Positions 63,760 through 64,000 of a DNA stretch of 64,000 bases are shown in pieces. Position 1 is the first letter of the stretch, and every line of letters starts with the position of its first letter. Both the position numbers and the translations under genes were made by a program. The DNA lies in assembly GCA_035084275.1 (NCBI GenBank), contig CM068747.1, forward strand, positions 23,870,001-23,934,000. Reading direction: 5' to 3'. Source of the DNA: Hydrolagus colliei (taxonomy: Eukaryota). The notes beneath the pieces were generated by a model, which saw only the letters and a list, made by a program, of their open reading frames with translations, was not told the origin of the DNA and did no database searches.

Positions 63760-64000
63760 CTCTCTTCCTCTGCTGAAGGCGCTGACGTATGTTAGGAGCT
63801 CAGTTCCACAGACGTTGGCTTCCCTCCAGTAACTTGACCAAGTAGCCTGCCTTCCTGTGTAGTCTAAGCAGCAAGTGTCTGCAGGCCGTTCAGCCGTTAG
63901 GGGTTATCACAGCAAGCACAAAAGTGCTGACATCACGTCTGACACTCTGACTACCGTCGCAGCTAAGATCAGCCAACTCAGCACAGACTGAGAATTGAAC
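63760..64000 (-). mobile_element. Ancient AmnSINE2-like SINE (internally deleted, runs off window)
   Basis: ctgaaggcgctgac...ccctccagtaacttgaccaagtagcc...taagatcagccaactcagcacagactgagaattgaac, with an antisense B box at the window end. Homologous to the 16.8 kb and 38.3-39.9 kb copies. Confidence 0.6.

Noticed and set aside
1000-64000. Remaining 60-150 aa ORFs in the track
   Set aside because: No recognisable domains. Many use non-ATG starts or overlap SINE, LINE or microsatellite sequence, and their lengths are consistent with chance.

Overview
Eukaryotic, gene-poor vertebrate DNA. The repeat set (L2 and CR1 LINEs, tRNA-derived SINEs with L2-type tails, DeuSINE-like copies) suggests a cartilaginous fish, possibly a holocephalan such as Callorhinchus; this is an inference from memory of repeat families. 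I recognise no host protein-coding exon. Every recognisable peptide comes from a retroelement: L2 RT at 3662-4630, 38870-39838 and 120-630, and CR1 ORF1/EN/RT relics. The window holds about 17 copies or fragments of one young tRNA-SINE family, older Deu-domain and AmnSINE2-like SINEs, one probable MITE, microsatellites, a 196-N gap, and repeat-free blocks that look like conserved non-coding elements. It is probably a large intron or gene desert. The most unusual directly visible structures are three fold-back events: a perfect 46-bp-arm palindrome (61844-61941), a 19-bp-arm hairpin that overwrote L2 coding sequence (4597-4642), and a ~72-bp inverted duplication in a CR1 relic (8532-8877). Nested retroposon insertions and a modular SINE family are also visible. 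I found no convincing new multi-gene system.
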